Below are positions 1-13,603 of a stretch of DNA of 64,000 bases, piece after piece (the stretch's first letter is position 1; each line of letters begins with the position of its first letter). The stretch comes from Octopus vulgaris (lineage: Eukaryota), in NCBI GenBank assembly GCA_951406725.2, contig OX597815.1, positions 47,430,001-47,494,000 on the forward strand. Direction: 5' to 3'. A program made the position numbers and the translations under genes. Below the pieces are notes generated by a model, which was not told where the DNA came from, searched no databases, and worked only from the letters and a program-made list of their open reading frames with translations.

Positions 1-386
1 AGAATGAGATGTGTGTGTATGTATATGTGACTCAGAGATTCCTCATCCTTTATACAGACACGCGCGTGCATACACACACACACACACACACACACTCGCA
101 CATATACATACACACGCACACACATACACACGCACACACAGTTAGAGAATCGGAGAAGAAATAGAAAAATAGCTAAGTTAGGGATTTTGTAGCAGGCTTA
201 GCTATAAAATTCAGTTAATTGACAGCATTACGAACAAAATCGTCCGTTGATTACAATCGATGTTGAACAAAACTGAATTCTGGAGGGTTTAACTTGATAT
301 GATAAAAACTTAACATCCATTATTTATTTCATCATTTTCATCGTGTTATGGTTGTTTATTTACATTGTCATAGATGTGTGCGTGTA

Positions 387-387
<1 letters not shown>

Positions 388-471
<84 letters not shown>

Positions 472-553
472 GTCTATCAATCTATCTATCTATCAATCAT
501 TCTATCTAGCTAGCTAGCTAGCTAGCTATATATCTACCTATCTATCTACCTAT
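388..553. repeat. (TATC)n/(TAGC)n microsatellite
   Basis: Direct tandem tetranucleotide repeats. Confidence 0.95.
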
Positions 554-1137
554 CATACTTGTGGCTATGGCGAAAGAATGTATCTGGTGGACGCGCCTGA
601 AATGATTAGAGACAAAGACTTTCCTCTCTGGTCAATCTCTCATCAACTTCTTCAAGTATCACTTGAAGAGGAAAGTGAGAGTAGAGAGGCAAGTTTTGCC
701 TAGTGAATGTTTTAAAAAAGATGGGTGAATGTAGCAAGGATGGCACGTATGAATGACGAAACCACCTTGACTATGATTCTATGAACCGTAAAAATTAATA
801 CAGAGAGTTGCTTATTTGCAAAAAAAAAATAAATAGATATAACATGTGACTTCATTGACCGAGGTTACCGTGGTCTTTTCCGTAGGCTTTTCTTTCCACG
901 GGTAAACCACACCTGTCCTCCCCTTTACACTTCATATTGACATTTCTGTGATTACGATCCCTATTGATCAGCTTTTTTTCCTCTCCCCTTTTCTCCCCCC
1001 CCTTTTTGTCCTCTTTCTTTCCTTTTACGATCCCTTTTGATCGAAAACCAACCCCCTCTTTTTTACCCCCAAAAGAAAAGCTCTACCTTGTAATTTGTTC
1101 TGTCTGTGTGCAGCCCTATGTGGCTAATAAAGAAACA
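552..1137 (+). mobile_element. 5'-truncated Tx1/L1-clade LINE (ORF2 C-terminus plus 3' UTR)
   Basis: Manual translation LVAMAKECIWWTRLK*...FFKYHLKRKVRVERQ...FKKRW..* fits the Tx1-type ORF2 end (L..AK..IW..R ... F...W). Pyrimidine-rich UTR ends in a stem-loop plus AATAAAGAAAC. Lies between TATC and TACA microsatellites. Confidence 0.75.
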
Positions 1138-1754
1138 TATCTATACATACATACATACATACATGCCTACATACATATATATATACATACATACAAGCAT
1201 GTATACATACAAGCATGCATACATACATGCATACATACATACACTACTGTAAATATATATATTAGTCTGAAATTTTGGCTCAAAGCCAGCAATTTCGGAT
1301 GTGGAGGTAAGTCGATTACTTCGATCCTAGTACTGAACTGGTACTTATTTTATCGACCCCGAAAGGTTTAAAAACAATTCGCCGGAATTTGGCCTTAGAA
1401 TGTAAACACACACAAAACTTGGCGCGTGCACATTTCATCCTCACTTTATCTCTTTCCAGCATATTGCTCTCTTTCACACACACTTTCTACCTCTCTCTGT
1501 TTCTCTCGCACACACACACACACACATGCATACACACTTACACACTAACACACGTAACCGCTCAATGACTTAGTCCAAACTATAGCAAACAGTAATTAAA
1601 GAAAACAATTCTGTATGTGTACGTACCTATACGAACACGAATGTATAAGTTTCTCCATGTATGGATACCCATACACACATTCCAATCTGATGAGAAAATC
1701 TCTACGTAGTTCCTCGACCTGCTAGAAATAACAATGAAAACATGTAAGGATTCA

Positions 1755-1905
1755 TACATACATACATGCATGAATGCATACATACATACATACATACATG
1801 CATACATACATACATACAGACATACATACATACATACATACATACATACATACATACATACATACATACATACATACATACATACATACATACATACATA
1901 CATAC
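1755..1905. repeat. (TACA)n microsatellite
   Basis: Tandem repeat that generates the MYVC/HTYI artefact ORFs. Confidence 0.95.
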
Positions 1906-2269
1906 ACACAGGTATTTCTCAAACAGCATTTAAACCGAAATTATCCGGAAACAACTGGATTTATTCCTTTCCTGCATTTACGAGGTGATGTAAAGAAGTT
2001 AAACTCTGATAATTGCTTAGAATCATACCACTTGAGTTCCACGAAGAAGACGTTTGAATTCAACATTGAGGATGAAGTACCTTATTAAATTCTTTGAAAA
2101 ATATTCGTTGCTTCTTTACTACTTATAAAATTATACGCAGCCAGTCATCTACCGCAAAGTTAGGAATTTATAGAAGAAAACTTGTTTGGTTTAGATTCTT
2201 ATCAATCAGTTTTCATTCTCTTTGTAAAGAAGCTATCAAAAGTTTAAACTCAATGTACAGTGTCTTACT

Positions 2270-2585
2270 GGAGGTGCAATGGCCCAGTGGTTAGGGCAGC
2301 GGATCGCGGTCGGAGGATCACGGTTTCGATTCCCAGACCGAGCGTTGTGTGTATTTATTGAGCGAAAACATCTAAAGCTCCACGAGGCTCCGGCAGGGGG
2401 TGGTGGCGACCCCTGCTGTACTCTTTCGCCCCAACTTTCTCTCACTCTTTCTTCCCGTTTCTTGAGTAACGCTGCGATGGACTGGCGTCCCGTCCAGCTG
2501 GGGGGAACATATACGCCACAGAAACTGGGAAACCGGGCCCATGAGCCTGGTTAGGCTTGAAAAGGGCGCATAAATAAAAATAGAG
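2270..2585 (+). mobile_element. tRNA-derived SINE, family A (full length)
   Basis: Box A TGGCCCAGTGG, box B-like GGTTTCGATTCC, GCGATGGACTGGCGTCCCGTCCAG body, A-rich end. TSD AGTGTCTT(A/G)CT at 2259-2269 and 2586-2596. Homolog on the minus strand at 50191-50462. Confidence 0.85.
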
Positions 2586-2796
2586 AGTGTCTTGCTGGAT
2601 TCGTTGTAAATATATTGAACTAAATAAAATCAAGTTATCACTTTTAGAAAAACTGGGGTGATGTAAATTTCCTGTTCAGAACTATGTCACTCTCACTGAA
2701 AAACAACACAATTTACTGAATTCTTCGAGAAGAGTCCATAAAGCACATATGCAATAATGCCTTATATTATTCATGCCATTATTTTAACTGCCTGAA

Positions 2797-3197
2797 GGCG
2801 GCGAGCTGGCAGAAACATTAGCACACCGGGCGAAATGCCTAGCGGTATTTCGTCTGCATCTACTTTCTGAGTTCAAATTCCGCCGAGGTCGACTTTGCTT
2901 TCCATTCTTTCGGGGTCGATTAAATAAGTACCAGTTACGCACTGGGATCGATATAATCGACTTAATCCCTTTGTCTGTCCTTGTTTGTTCCCTCTGTGTT
3001 TAGCCCCTTGTGGGTAGTAAAGAAATTGGTATCTCGTCCGTCTTTATATTCTGAGTTCAAATCATGCCGAGGTCCACTTTGTCTTTCATCATTTTGAGGT
3101 CGATTAAATAAGTACCAGTTATGCACTGGAGTGGATGTAATCGACTTATCCCCTTTCCCAAAACTTCAGACCTTATGCCTATAGAAGAACGGATTAT
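2797..3197 (+). mobile_element. tRNA-derived SINE family B: Tx1-tail copy (2797-3026) fused to a headless ATT-tail copy
   Basis: GGCGGCGAGCTGGCAGAA head, GAGTTCAAATTCC box B, central CATTCTTTCGGGGTCGATTAAATAAGTACCAG domain, two different tails. Confidence 0.85.
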
Positions 3198-3403
3198 GTT
3201 GACTACTTGTTTTATGTGCGAAGATGCATTTATAAGTAGAATTTTGATACAGAAATATATTTCGTATTCAAAAGGCAAGTGCTTCCAGTAAAGCTCAGCT
3301 TTTGTTGTATTTAAATATGTCAGCAACACACTTTACCTGTTTTTGGATTAGAACTCGAACAACGTGGCAATATCGGGTATTTCAATTAATACATGTATAT
3401 ATA

Positions 3404-3477
<74 letters not shown>

Positions 3478-3736
3478 TCCTGTTCCATTTAGATAAGATC
3501 GACAGACAAAGTACTCCATCCAGTGAAAGATTAATATATCATTTAATACACACATTATAAAGACACGAGATACTAACAGTTTCTAGATGTGAAGACACGT
3601 GTCTCAGACTATGTGCTCAGAGCTTGGGATTGCTTGGAGACACAATGCATGTTATAAAAATCTGCCTAGACACGTGCCTTCACGGCAAGAAACTATTTGT
3701 ACTTTGTATCTTTATACTGTGTATATTAGAAAACGA

Positions 3737-3815
<79 letters not shown>

Positions 3816-4399
3816 TGTTTATGTGTGTGTGTGCTTGCATACATAAACATACACAAGCATATGGATATATCCATATATTTGTATGTACATACACGCACAG
3901 AGGCATATTCATATAATTATATTTTCTTTATTCTGCTATTTGCTATTGTTGTTGTTGTTATTTTTGTTGCTGTTATTGTTGTTGTCGACAGGGCAAATGG
4001 ATTTAGCAAAATCGGTGAGTGACCTATAACAATGAATTCCTTTACATTCTGATTTCAAATCCAGATGAATTCAGCTGTGGTTTTCCTTCTTCCGAAGTGG
4101 ATTCCTAAAATATATTCATACATCCTAGCATTAGATTTAGAGGATGATGATGAGAGGTGTTTGTATATTTGCAATGTATTTGTACATGTGTGTCTATGTA
4201 CGAAGATATATGCATACATATATAAATACCTGCATACATGCATACATACGTACATGCATACATATGTACACATACATGCATACATACATACATAACCGCT
4301 AACATGCATAAATGCACTCACACATACGTACAAAAATGCATTCATACGTATATACATACATATTTATGCATACATATTGTATCTATACTCAGTGCATAT

Positions 4400-4600
4400 C
4401 CAACAGTTTTATTTGGTGTTCCTACACAGGAAATAGATTTTAAAATTTGCCACACAAACAAGAAACTAGGGAGATGCCATGCTGCTCGTTGGTTTCCATA
4501 TTTTGCTGAATATCAGTCGAAGTGTTCTGGTCTTCATTGTAAATCTCCAGAACCAAAACTGATTGCCATATCAGCAGACCTAATTAGGGACAACACCGAA
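4400..4600 (+). pseudogene. Possible Gypsy-type RNase H relic
   Basis: KLGRCHAARW..AEYQ...H......ISADLIR loosely matches R.ARW...L.EY...I.H......AD.LSR. Weak match. Confidence 0.3.
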
Positions 4601-5138
4601 TTATTGACAAATTTCCTATAATTCGCTGTTGCTAAGATACCAGTTTTAGAGAGGAACTGGTATCCAAGAGATTCGCTCTAATTTCTACTCCATTCAGTAC
4701 TATCGATTTTCGCGGTTTTACTGACGTTGCTTGCTTGCTTGTTCCAGTTTTTTTTGTTGTTGTTGTTACTCTTGTAGTTTTGTTCTTGTTGTTGAAGCTA
4801 TTAATGCGCTGGGTTTGGCAAAGTTTGTGAGTGACGAATTAAAATGCATTGCTGCATTTAATTACGTCCCTTTAATTCCTGAGTAATGATTTCGAATCCA
4901 GCTGATGGCGATTTGTTTTCATAATTCAGCAAGCAGGGTTAAAATTTATGATAGTATGAGACTGGAAAGGTGTTTGCTAAGATGTGTATATGCATATTTT
5001 CTGTGTCTGTGCGTAGGTATACATATATGTGCGTGTGTGTTTGTGCGCGCGCGTGTGTGAGTGAATGTATGTATGTATGCATATATAGATACATTGACGG
5101 ACAGATAGCTAGATTTATAGCAAGTAAGCGAGAGAGAG

Positions 5139-5187
<49 letters not shown>

Positions 5188-5330
5188 GGTAGATAGATAG
5201 TAGAAAAGAAAAATGAAGGGTCGAAAGTGTGCAGAGAGAGAAATATAGGTAAATTCTGAGAATTACAAAACGCAACTAATCCAATATTTTTTTATTCTTA
5301 GCCCACCAAAATGTCTGACAATTTCAACTA

Positions 5331-7063
5331 CCACTTTGAGTCAACAGTATGTCAAGCTTCAATTAATAGTTCAGACCAATTACATACGAAAGATGTTTAT
5401 TCATCAAAATATATGCCATCATATTCTGTTGACCGTTGCTATCACTGTGACAGAAACTCAGTTCCACGCGTTTAGAATTCAGCTGTTTTAAAGGCAAAAT
5501 GTCTCCCGGCACTCGTTTTCAATGTCATCGACATTGATGAAACATCATCTGTGCAGAAAATGAGCCATGCTTCGGAAAATGTGGAAATCTGATAGTGCAA
5601 GGTCTGGACTAAAAGCAGGGTGAACCAGCATTTCCAGCCGGTCAAGTTCCACAATTTTCATTTGGTCACATTGGGATTGTGTTCTGGGGCGTTGTAATGC
5701 TGTAGGAGAGCGCGTCTTCGACCGACCAATGCCGGGTAGCATGCTTTTAAAGCATTTTATACTTGCTGCATTTATTCAGCATAAACGTTAGCATTCACAA
5801 CATGGCCATCTGAGACAAGCTCAGAGCAACACCCACTCAAGATACCACCAAACATACAATATGACCTTCTGTTCAATCCACCTAACCGGAATGGAGCATC
5901 TGGTTTTCCTTACTGAGACTGCGAAAATATATCAATTTTTCGTCCCCAGTTGCAATTCAACAACAAAAACGGACGTCTTGAGGATTTGCCAGTAGTTGTT
6001 AGCAAATGTTCACGCATCATTGAGCTTGGACATTGGTCAGTTCAGGAGAAGCTTCTCGACAGCATCTTTTCATAAGACCGAGATTCAGAAGGTGGCTATT
6101 GATGGTGCTTTCTGAAGGACCAAATTCTGCTGACAATGTAGGATTGCTTGTACTCGGTTGTTGTCATCCATTTCAAGCAAAGCCTCATCTTACTCAATAA
6201 GGTCTCTCTGACCTTAGTTTTCTTCGAGGCTGGTGACACCTTGAAAGATCTGAATCAGTTTTGTGCTACACGTTCGTTGACAGTTCCTGAGCCTTCCACA
6301 TCATTAATTTCTTTTGCCACTACCGGTGCACTCTGTCCCTTTTTTCCACGGGTAGAGTAAAAGGGCTCTAATTACAATTTTTCCACTACTGATTCTCTAA
6401 GGAATAAACAATTAATGCTTATATATAATACTAGCAGTATCGCCCGGCGTTGCTCGGGTTTGTAAGGGAAATAACTATATAAGCATTTTTAGAGAGTTAC
6501 TTCCCTTATAGATGCCAATTCGGGCTTTCTTAGCCATTTCTGTTTTGGTGTCTTCAAGCCATGAAGTCGTTGTTCTAAAAGAACGCTGGTCTCCTTGACA
6601 ACGCTTTACGACGTTGATTTCCTTACACTTCCCTCCCCACAGCTTCACGAGGGAGGGAAGAAGGGGGATAAGCAAACAGGTGCAGGTGTGACCATGGACG
6701 CCAACTCCGCCGCCATCGACACACGAAAAATTATGCATTAAAATGGAATAAAAAATGATGTTAAATTATTTTTAAAATCGTAGACTCATTGTAGACGCGC
6801 GCTAATACTCAGACGGGCTCGATATGAATCACGACTATAAGATACCCGAATTTGGTTAAACTGCACCGCAAAATGTGGGAGTAGTTAGGAATCTAAATCG
6901 AAGGGGACAGACACTCACACAACTACAGTTTTATATATATAGATATCAAAATAAAGAATGAACAATTCAGCAACGATTTGAAAAGTTGTATAACATTAAC
7001 ATGGAGATACAACTTGCCAAAGATCATGAGTGAAAATTTAAAAACCCTTTTGACTCAATCTGG
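5331..7063 (-). mobile_element. Decayed mariner (Tc1/mariner) element interrupted by a Helitron
   Basis: Minus-strand frames give an HTH region (KKGQSA..AKEIN.V.G..TV.ERVAQN*F), IATGDEK and HPAFSPDLALSDFHIF. Degenerate TIRs CCACTTTGAGTCAA / TTGACTCAATCTGG, with TA on the left. Confidence 0.8.
6431..6943 (-). mobile_element. Non-autonomous Helitron
   Basis: Minus strand starts A|TCTATATATAT and ends with hairpin CCCG-AGCAACGC-CGGG then CTAG|T. No TSD. Confidence 0.85.
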
Positions 7064-7741
7064 TGTCGTCGTCGTTGTTCTTGCTACTGCTACTGTTGTC
7101 ATTTAGACGCAAATTCGTACAGTCAGAAAAGGTAGCATTCAGGGCGGCGAATTAACAGGGTCATTATTATGTGGGTATTTATTCTGATTCCTTGCATCTG
7201 ATTTCAAACCCTGATCAAGTTAAATTTGCTCTTCATCCTTCTATGTTACTATTCTAGAGCCGTGGACTAGTAGAATCGTTTAAAGATTTGGATAAGTGCA
7301 TTGCAGTAATTATTCTGGTTTCTTGCTTGTTGTGTTCAAACCTTGGTCTGGCCTGGCCTGGATGAGTGATTGATTACTCCGTCACCCGGCCAATACCTCT
7401 GGCCTTCAAGTACCTCAAGTGGAAGGGTCTAATAAAGGCATCGGAGCCAGGTTTCCAGTTTGAGATCATTTTCCTGCTTCCCTACTCTCAGTATCAGACG
7501 TCTTGTAGTGAGTACTAGACATTATCCTAAAAGATATAAAAATAAGCTATATATGTTCCATCATTTTCTCGAGTACTTTTTATCTGGGGTCAAAACGTTT
7601 CAAAGATGATTGAGTATCATTCGAAGCAGATCTGGCAGCCCTTTCTTCCAGGTTGTGATGCCACATACAGGTTCTATTGATTTTTCTTTGGATTGCCACC
7701 AGGAGTGAGATAGATATAAATATATACGGAGAGAGAGAGAA

Positions 7742-7775
<34 letters not shown>

Positions 7776-8727
7776 CTAGAGAGGCAGACAGGGCATTGTT
7801 GCTGCTGTACTTGTTTGTCCTTCTGCAGTATATCCATCTTAAATCGCTCCATGCTTTTCGCAGCCGTTGCTGAGAATGTATTGTTGATGTTGTTGTTAAC
7901 TTTCAATGGAAACATTGTTGCCATTTATGTTGTTTTGCTTTTCTGCTTTATCATAATTTTTTTTTTTATCGCTGTACAGTTATTTTTTTTACTCTGTACT
8001 TTAAGAGTATGTATTCCGAAAATTGGTTCTCCAGTTTTAATTTGCAATGATTTTTACGTTAAAAACACATCTTCTAATAACTGCTTGGTGGATAAGTAAA
8101 TATACACCAAAGAAGTTTGAAATTGCCTACTCGATCGTCTAGAATTAGCAGTTAGACTTCTCTAAAACCGCATACTCTACTGTCTTGATCAAGGAAAAAC
8201 ATGTAGGAGGATATAGTCTTCAAAATATGCTTGATCCAATCACAGTTGGAAAGTATTTAACAATATACAGGGATGATCTGAGGCGAAGTAACAAGAACAA
8301 TATTACAACAACGATTTCAATGAAGGATTCTCTAGCTGGATACTACTTCTGCTAGAAATAGCAGCTTAAACTTGCACAAACCACATATCCTGTAGTCCTT
8401 AATACATTTGAAGGTACTCAATATTGTAGTCTTAGCAATATTATGTCTGAATAAATGACGGGATGACTATGGCTGAAATGCTTTTTTATCATAGATCTGA
8501 ACTGGAGCTTAAAGCAGTGTTAAAAGTAAGTTTCATTAATATATTTAGTCTAGACTATGGGTTTGGAAACTAGGAGAACAGCCAAATAATTTCCACATTG
8601 ATACATTTTTGTGCTGTCGTTGTGTAGACCCACCTAAGCCTTTATTGGTTTATAGTATACAGGTAGTCGGCAAAATTGTGATGACTATAATAATAAATAT
8701 AATCATTATTATCATTATTATTATTAA

Positions 8728-9198
8728 GACTGCGAACTGGCAGAATCGTTAGCACGCCAGGACAAATGCTCACCAACATTTCATTTGTCTTTACGTTTTG
8801 TGTTCAAATTCCACTGAAAACGATGCCTTTCATTCTTTTGGGCTCAATGTAATCGACTTATCTCCGCCTCCGAAATTGCTAGCCTTGTGCCAATATTTAA
8901 CACCATTATTATTATTAAGGCGGCGAGCTGGGAGAATCGCTAGCACACCGGGCGAAATCCTTAGAGGCATTTCGTCTGCCGCTACGTTCAAATTCCGCCG
9001 GGGTCTACTTTGCCTTTCATCCTTTCGGGGTCGATTAAATAAGTACCATTTACGCACTAGTGTCGATGTAATACCTTCCCCCAAATTTTAGGCCTTGTTC
9101 TTCCAGTAGGAAGGATTATTATTTTTATTCTTAAGGCGGCGATGCTGCAGAATCGTAACTGCACTGGGAAAATGCTTAGCGGCAGTTTTATGGCTTTA
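8728..9198 (+). mobile_element. Head-to-tail array of three family-B SINEs
   Basis: Heads at 8728, 8919 and 9135, each preceded by an ATT-rich tract and AA. Confidence 0.85.
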
Positions 9199-9265
9199 CA
9201 TGTATACACATACATATACATATATGTATGCATACATACACCTACATATGCATATACGTATACGT

Positions 9266-9334
<69 letters not shown>

Positions 9335-9352
9335 TATATACATAAACATATA

Positions 9353-9850
9353 TTGGGTCATCCCATAAATAATGCGGTTTTTTATACTTCTTTTATTTTT
9401 CAAAATTATGATAAGCAAAGTACTTTTTAAATCTAAAATAATGTACACTGCTCTCTCATCTATCTGGTAGACTTGCAAGGACCCTCTTCTAAAATTCACT
9501 TGTCCGTGACGAAAAATATTCCTTTAGTTCTGACCTCGTCTACGGAATTCATATTTTACCCGTCCAAATGATTTTGAACACTGTGGAATAAATGATAATT
9601 AGATGGGGCAATGTCCGGCGAATATAGTGGATGAGGCATCGTTTCCCACTCTTTGGAATGTCATCCTCGGTGTATGTGGCCCTTTCGTCTTGAAACCAAA
9701 GATGGTGGTTCTTCTGGCACTGGCTTAAGCCGCTCAAGCTGCTTGCAGTAGATCACCTTTGTTATTGTTTGGTTTGGGTTTAAAAGTTCAAAGTACACTA
9801 AGCCTTTTGTATCCCACCAAACGTATTGATGCTTCCGACCCGAAATCCTA
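9353..9850 (-). mobile_element. Mariner fragment (3' TIR plus catalytic C-terminal half)
   Basis: TA|TTGGGTCATCCCATAAATAATGCGGTTT TIR. Minus frames VWWDTKGLVYFELL and WETMPHPLYSPDIAPSNYHLF. Confidence 0.85.
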
Positions 9851-10131
9851 GCAGTACAGCATGTCTTTTCCAAATTTCTGGCAGATTGAATTGCGTCATA
9901 GTGCTGTTTTTCTCACAGACGGTGCACAATTGACCCTACTATATTGTGTAGTCGACGAAATCAAAAGCAAACAGTGCACATGCGTGAAATAACAAAATAT
10001 ATAATGGCGACAATTTACCCATTGCAGCCTGTATATGTTCGTATGCATATATGTTTGAAAGAATGTTTGTATTTATGTACGTAAAGAGAAGAAAAGTAAG
10101 AGAGAGCAAAGAGGGCGGGACATAGACACGT

Positions 10132-10167
<36 letters not shown>

Positions 10168-10211
10168 CAGACAGAGCGACAGAGAGACAGAGAGACAGAG
10201 ACAGAGAGGGG

Positions 10212-10369
<158 letters not shown>

Positions 10370-12824
10370 ACAAGGCTGCCATATGCCAACAATGAGGCAG
10401 GATATATTTTGATCGCTGCTAGCGAATCGATTAGCTAACACAAACGGCGCTAGAAAAGACTTCCGCTTGTATGTCTACAAAGCCCTCTTTCCAACAACAT
10501 GACAAAGAAACCGAGAAGGGCTATGGGGAATGACGGAGATAAAACACATTCGTAGAAATCTCAAAGAAAAAAAAACTAATGAAACAAACAAGAGAAAATA
10601 AGACAAGTAACCAGAATGCCATGTGTCAGCATTAACTAGAGGATTCTTCGTCACATCATATATTTATATAGATAAGGCCTCACACGTGCCAGCCATATGG
10701 AATTGCACATTTATGTGAATGTCAGAAATAGTTCATCTTCACCATTCTTACTGTGAAATAAATACAGGAAACGTATTCATCCATGTATTTCTCTAGCGAT
10801 CAATCCATCAATCAATCTGGTTCTATCTTTTTTGTTTTGCTTTTTGTTTATTGCTATCTGTATCTCTGTCTATTTATCTGTTTATCGATCAGTCAATCTG
10901 TCTATCTCTCTATATCTCCTTATCAGTCACCTTATCTATCTGTCTATCTGTCTATCAATCACTCTGTTTATCTGTTCATCAACTAACAATTCTGTGTATG
11001 TATCTATTTACCTCTGTGCGTATCTGTGAGCGTATACCAGTAAACAAGTGCATGTCTACACACATACATATTTACATTCATAAACACACACACACATACC
11101 TACATACACAAATGCACACGCACATATATATGTATATACACAAGCATACCTATGCATCCAACCCCTTACATAGATAATGCATACATACACCCACATAGGT
11201 CTTGAAGTTTAGATTCTCAAATACAACAAAAAGGAAATCACATAAATTGAGAAGAAAGATTAAGCTTTCATTACAGAGGACAGATATTTGTTGACAAGTA
11301 GCTAATAACCGTATGTAGAATCATACCAAATTACATTGGAACAGGTTGACGTTGGCAGCAAGACAAATAAATAAAGATTTCGCATTTATAAATATACACA
11401 AAGGGAATGAAAGCGACTGTCGAAATGGCCACCAAACGTTACGTGGATAAACTATAAAGGATATAGTTGAATTCTTGTCATTTGCTGAAAATGTCCGCCG
11501 TAGATATCATCGAACAATGGCAGCAGTAAAGTATATTAGCCACAGGTGTTTGTCATTGTTGGCGTCCATTATAATGGACGTTATAATGTGCTTACTTTCC
11601 TTTCGAAAGGAATGATTGTGTGACCGCATTGACGCGAGTTCACAACCATACGTACAAATATCCACCGAAGCACGCACACATGCGCAGGCAAACCCATGCG
11701 TGCACGCACACGTACGTAGGCAAACAGGCATACACAGACACACATATGTAGAAATGCATGTATATAGATGCACATTGGACGCATTCAATCTCTGATTAGA
11801 TTTACTGCACGTCAGTGTGCAATTGTGTGTACAGATGTATATTTGTAGTCGTTTAATGTTTTCGTAATGTGCACCTCTTTATACATATGAGAGAGAGTTG
11901 TGTTTGTGTGTGTGTGTGTGTGTGCGTGCGAGTGTCTGTGTGTGTGAGTTTATAAGTATATCTTTACATATGTAGCCATATATATATGTGTGTAGATATA
12001 TAAACATATGTGTACATGAATGTATATATATATATATATGTTATATATATCTTCACACACACTAATATACCTGTGGTTGCATAGTTCGTTTGTACAGATT
12101 TATGATTACCGTTGCATAGGTGCAAATTTATACGCACAGAGGCACGTGTGTTTGTGTGTGTGTTTGTATGTGTGTGTATGTGCGCATGCTTTTGTGTCTG
12201 TTTGTCATCTGAGATGAAGCATTGCACTAGTTTATCTTTCATAAATTTATGTCCGTTAAAGATATGTCGGTGTGTCTGAGTTTCCTACCTTTTGGGAATA
12301 ACGATTTGATATCCTTGTAATATTTAGTGTAAAATACTAAGAATTTTTTTCAAATCATCATTCATCTGTCATCCGCTTGAAGAAAGAGTCTCAACGGAAT
12401 TAAAGGCTGAGCTTGCAAACACCAGTAGCATAAATATATAAGTCAGCGTCGGATTTTGAGCTTCTGTATGGTAGATTTACTGCTAGAAATGGCAACCAAA
12501 TCTACAAATCATAAGGAGGATCTTGAGTAAGAAAGATCACAACGGATAATGTGTTCTACTTCGAAAACGAATGAATAGCCACCGTTGGAATACGTTTCGT
12601 CTTAGAACGCTCGGTTAAAATCCATGCAAGCCTGTGCATATGTGTTTGGGTGTGCCCGCGCGTACGAGTGCGTTTGAATTTCCCAATGGCTGAGTATTAG
12701 CATCACACTTTGAAACCCGGAGTACCAACGAATTTCATTGAAATGGTTTTGATCCATAGATGTAACCACTTAACTCCCAATAAGGGTGTTCAGTGCCCTT
12801 CTTTCATTCGTCCACTCACTCGTA

Positions 12825-13213
12825 TGTCCTGTTTTTGTTACCACTTTAAACCTCTGCAAATCCCATATTTTATTTAATTTGCTTTGCGGGAACGACTGTT
12901 TTGACGAAGACGCATGTTGTCCTATCGTCTGAAATGCAGATTAGATAAAACAGGAGACAACTGATGAAGGGTTTGTTCGTTATGCTACCTGTCTCGTTTC
13001 TCTATTTGTTTCTTTCTTTGTTCGAAAAAAAGTTCATTTTCCATGTTTTTGTTTTTTCATGTTGTTCACGTTTTTTTACGCCCTGTACCCATATATGCTC
13101 CTCATTTCGAACGTTGGGACAATATGCGTTTCGTCAAAACAGTCATTCCCGCAAAGCAAATTAAATAAAATTTAGGATTATCGGAGGGTTAAAGTGGTAA
13201 CAAAAAGAGGACA
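12825..13213. repeat. Fold-back element with about 110-bp inverted arms (12825-12936 / 13103-13213)
   Basis: TGTCCT..TTTTTGTTACCACTTTAA..ATTTTATTTAATTTGCTTTGCGGGAA.GACTGTTTTGACGAA is mirrored on the opposite strand. Confidence 0.85.
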
Positions 13214-13540
13214 GTAAAAACAAATGGTAAGGGCTGTTAAGCCATAACGAGGTGAAGTGATGAACGCTGGAGAAACAAGCTTTGACAGTAGTGTAAGGAG
13301 GAGAAAGAAAGATAGCCGCTGGTCATGTGTGCGCAACGAGAGTCAAGGAGTGAGAGGAACAGATAGAGAACGGCGAAGGAGGAGGAGAAGAATTAGAGAA
13401 AGGGTGGGAGAGAAAAAGAAAGAAAGAAGAGAGGGAGAATAGAGATAGTGATAGGATAGTGATATAAGTGTCGCATGAGAATTATTAAGATAAAACTTAC
13501 TTGGAAATGGATGCCTGGCGTTCGACCGTATAATAATATA

Positions 13541-13600
<60 letters not shown>

Positions 13601-13603
<3 letters not shown>

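Noticed and set aside
1580-2088. ORFs of MYVC/HTYI repeats (also YI, CV, LSIY and poly-I ORFs throughout the window)
   Set aside because: They are translations of microsatellites.
2270-2345. tRNA-like sequence
   Set aside because: It is a SINE head continuing into a body with a TSD; no intact cloverleaf.
7580-7924. 114-aa minus-strand ORF with QQQQCPVCL
   Set aside because: It runs through a (CT)n tract and has no complete RING or other domain.
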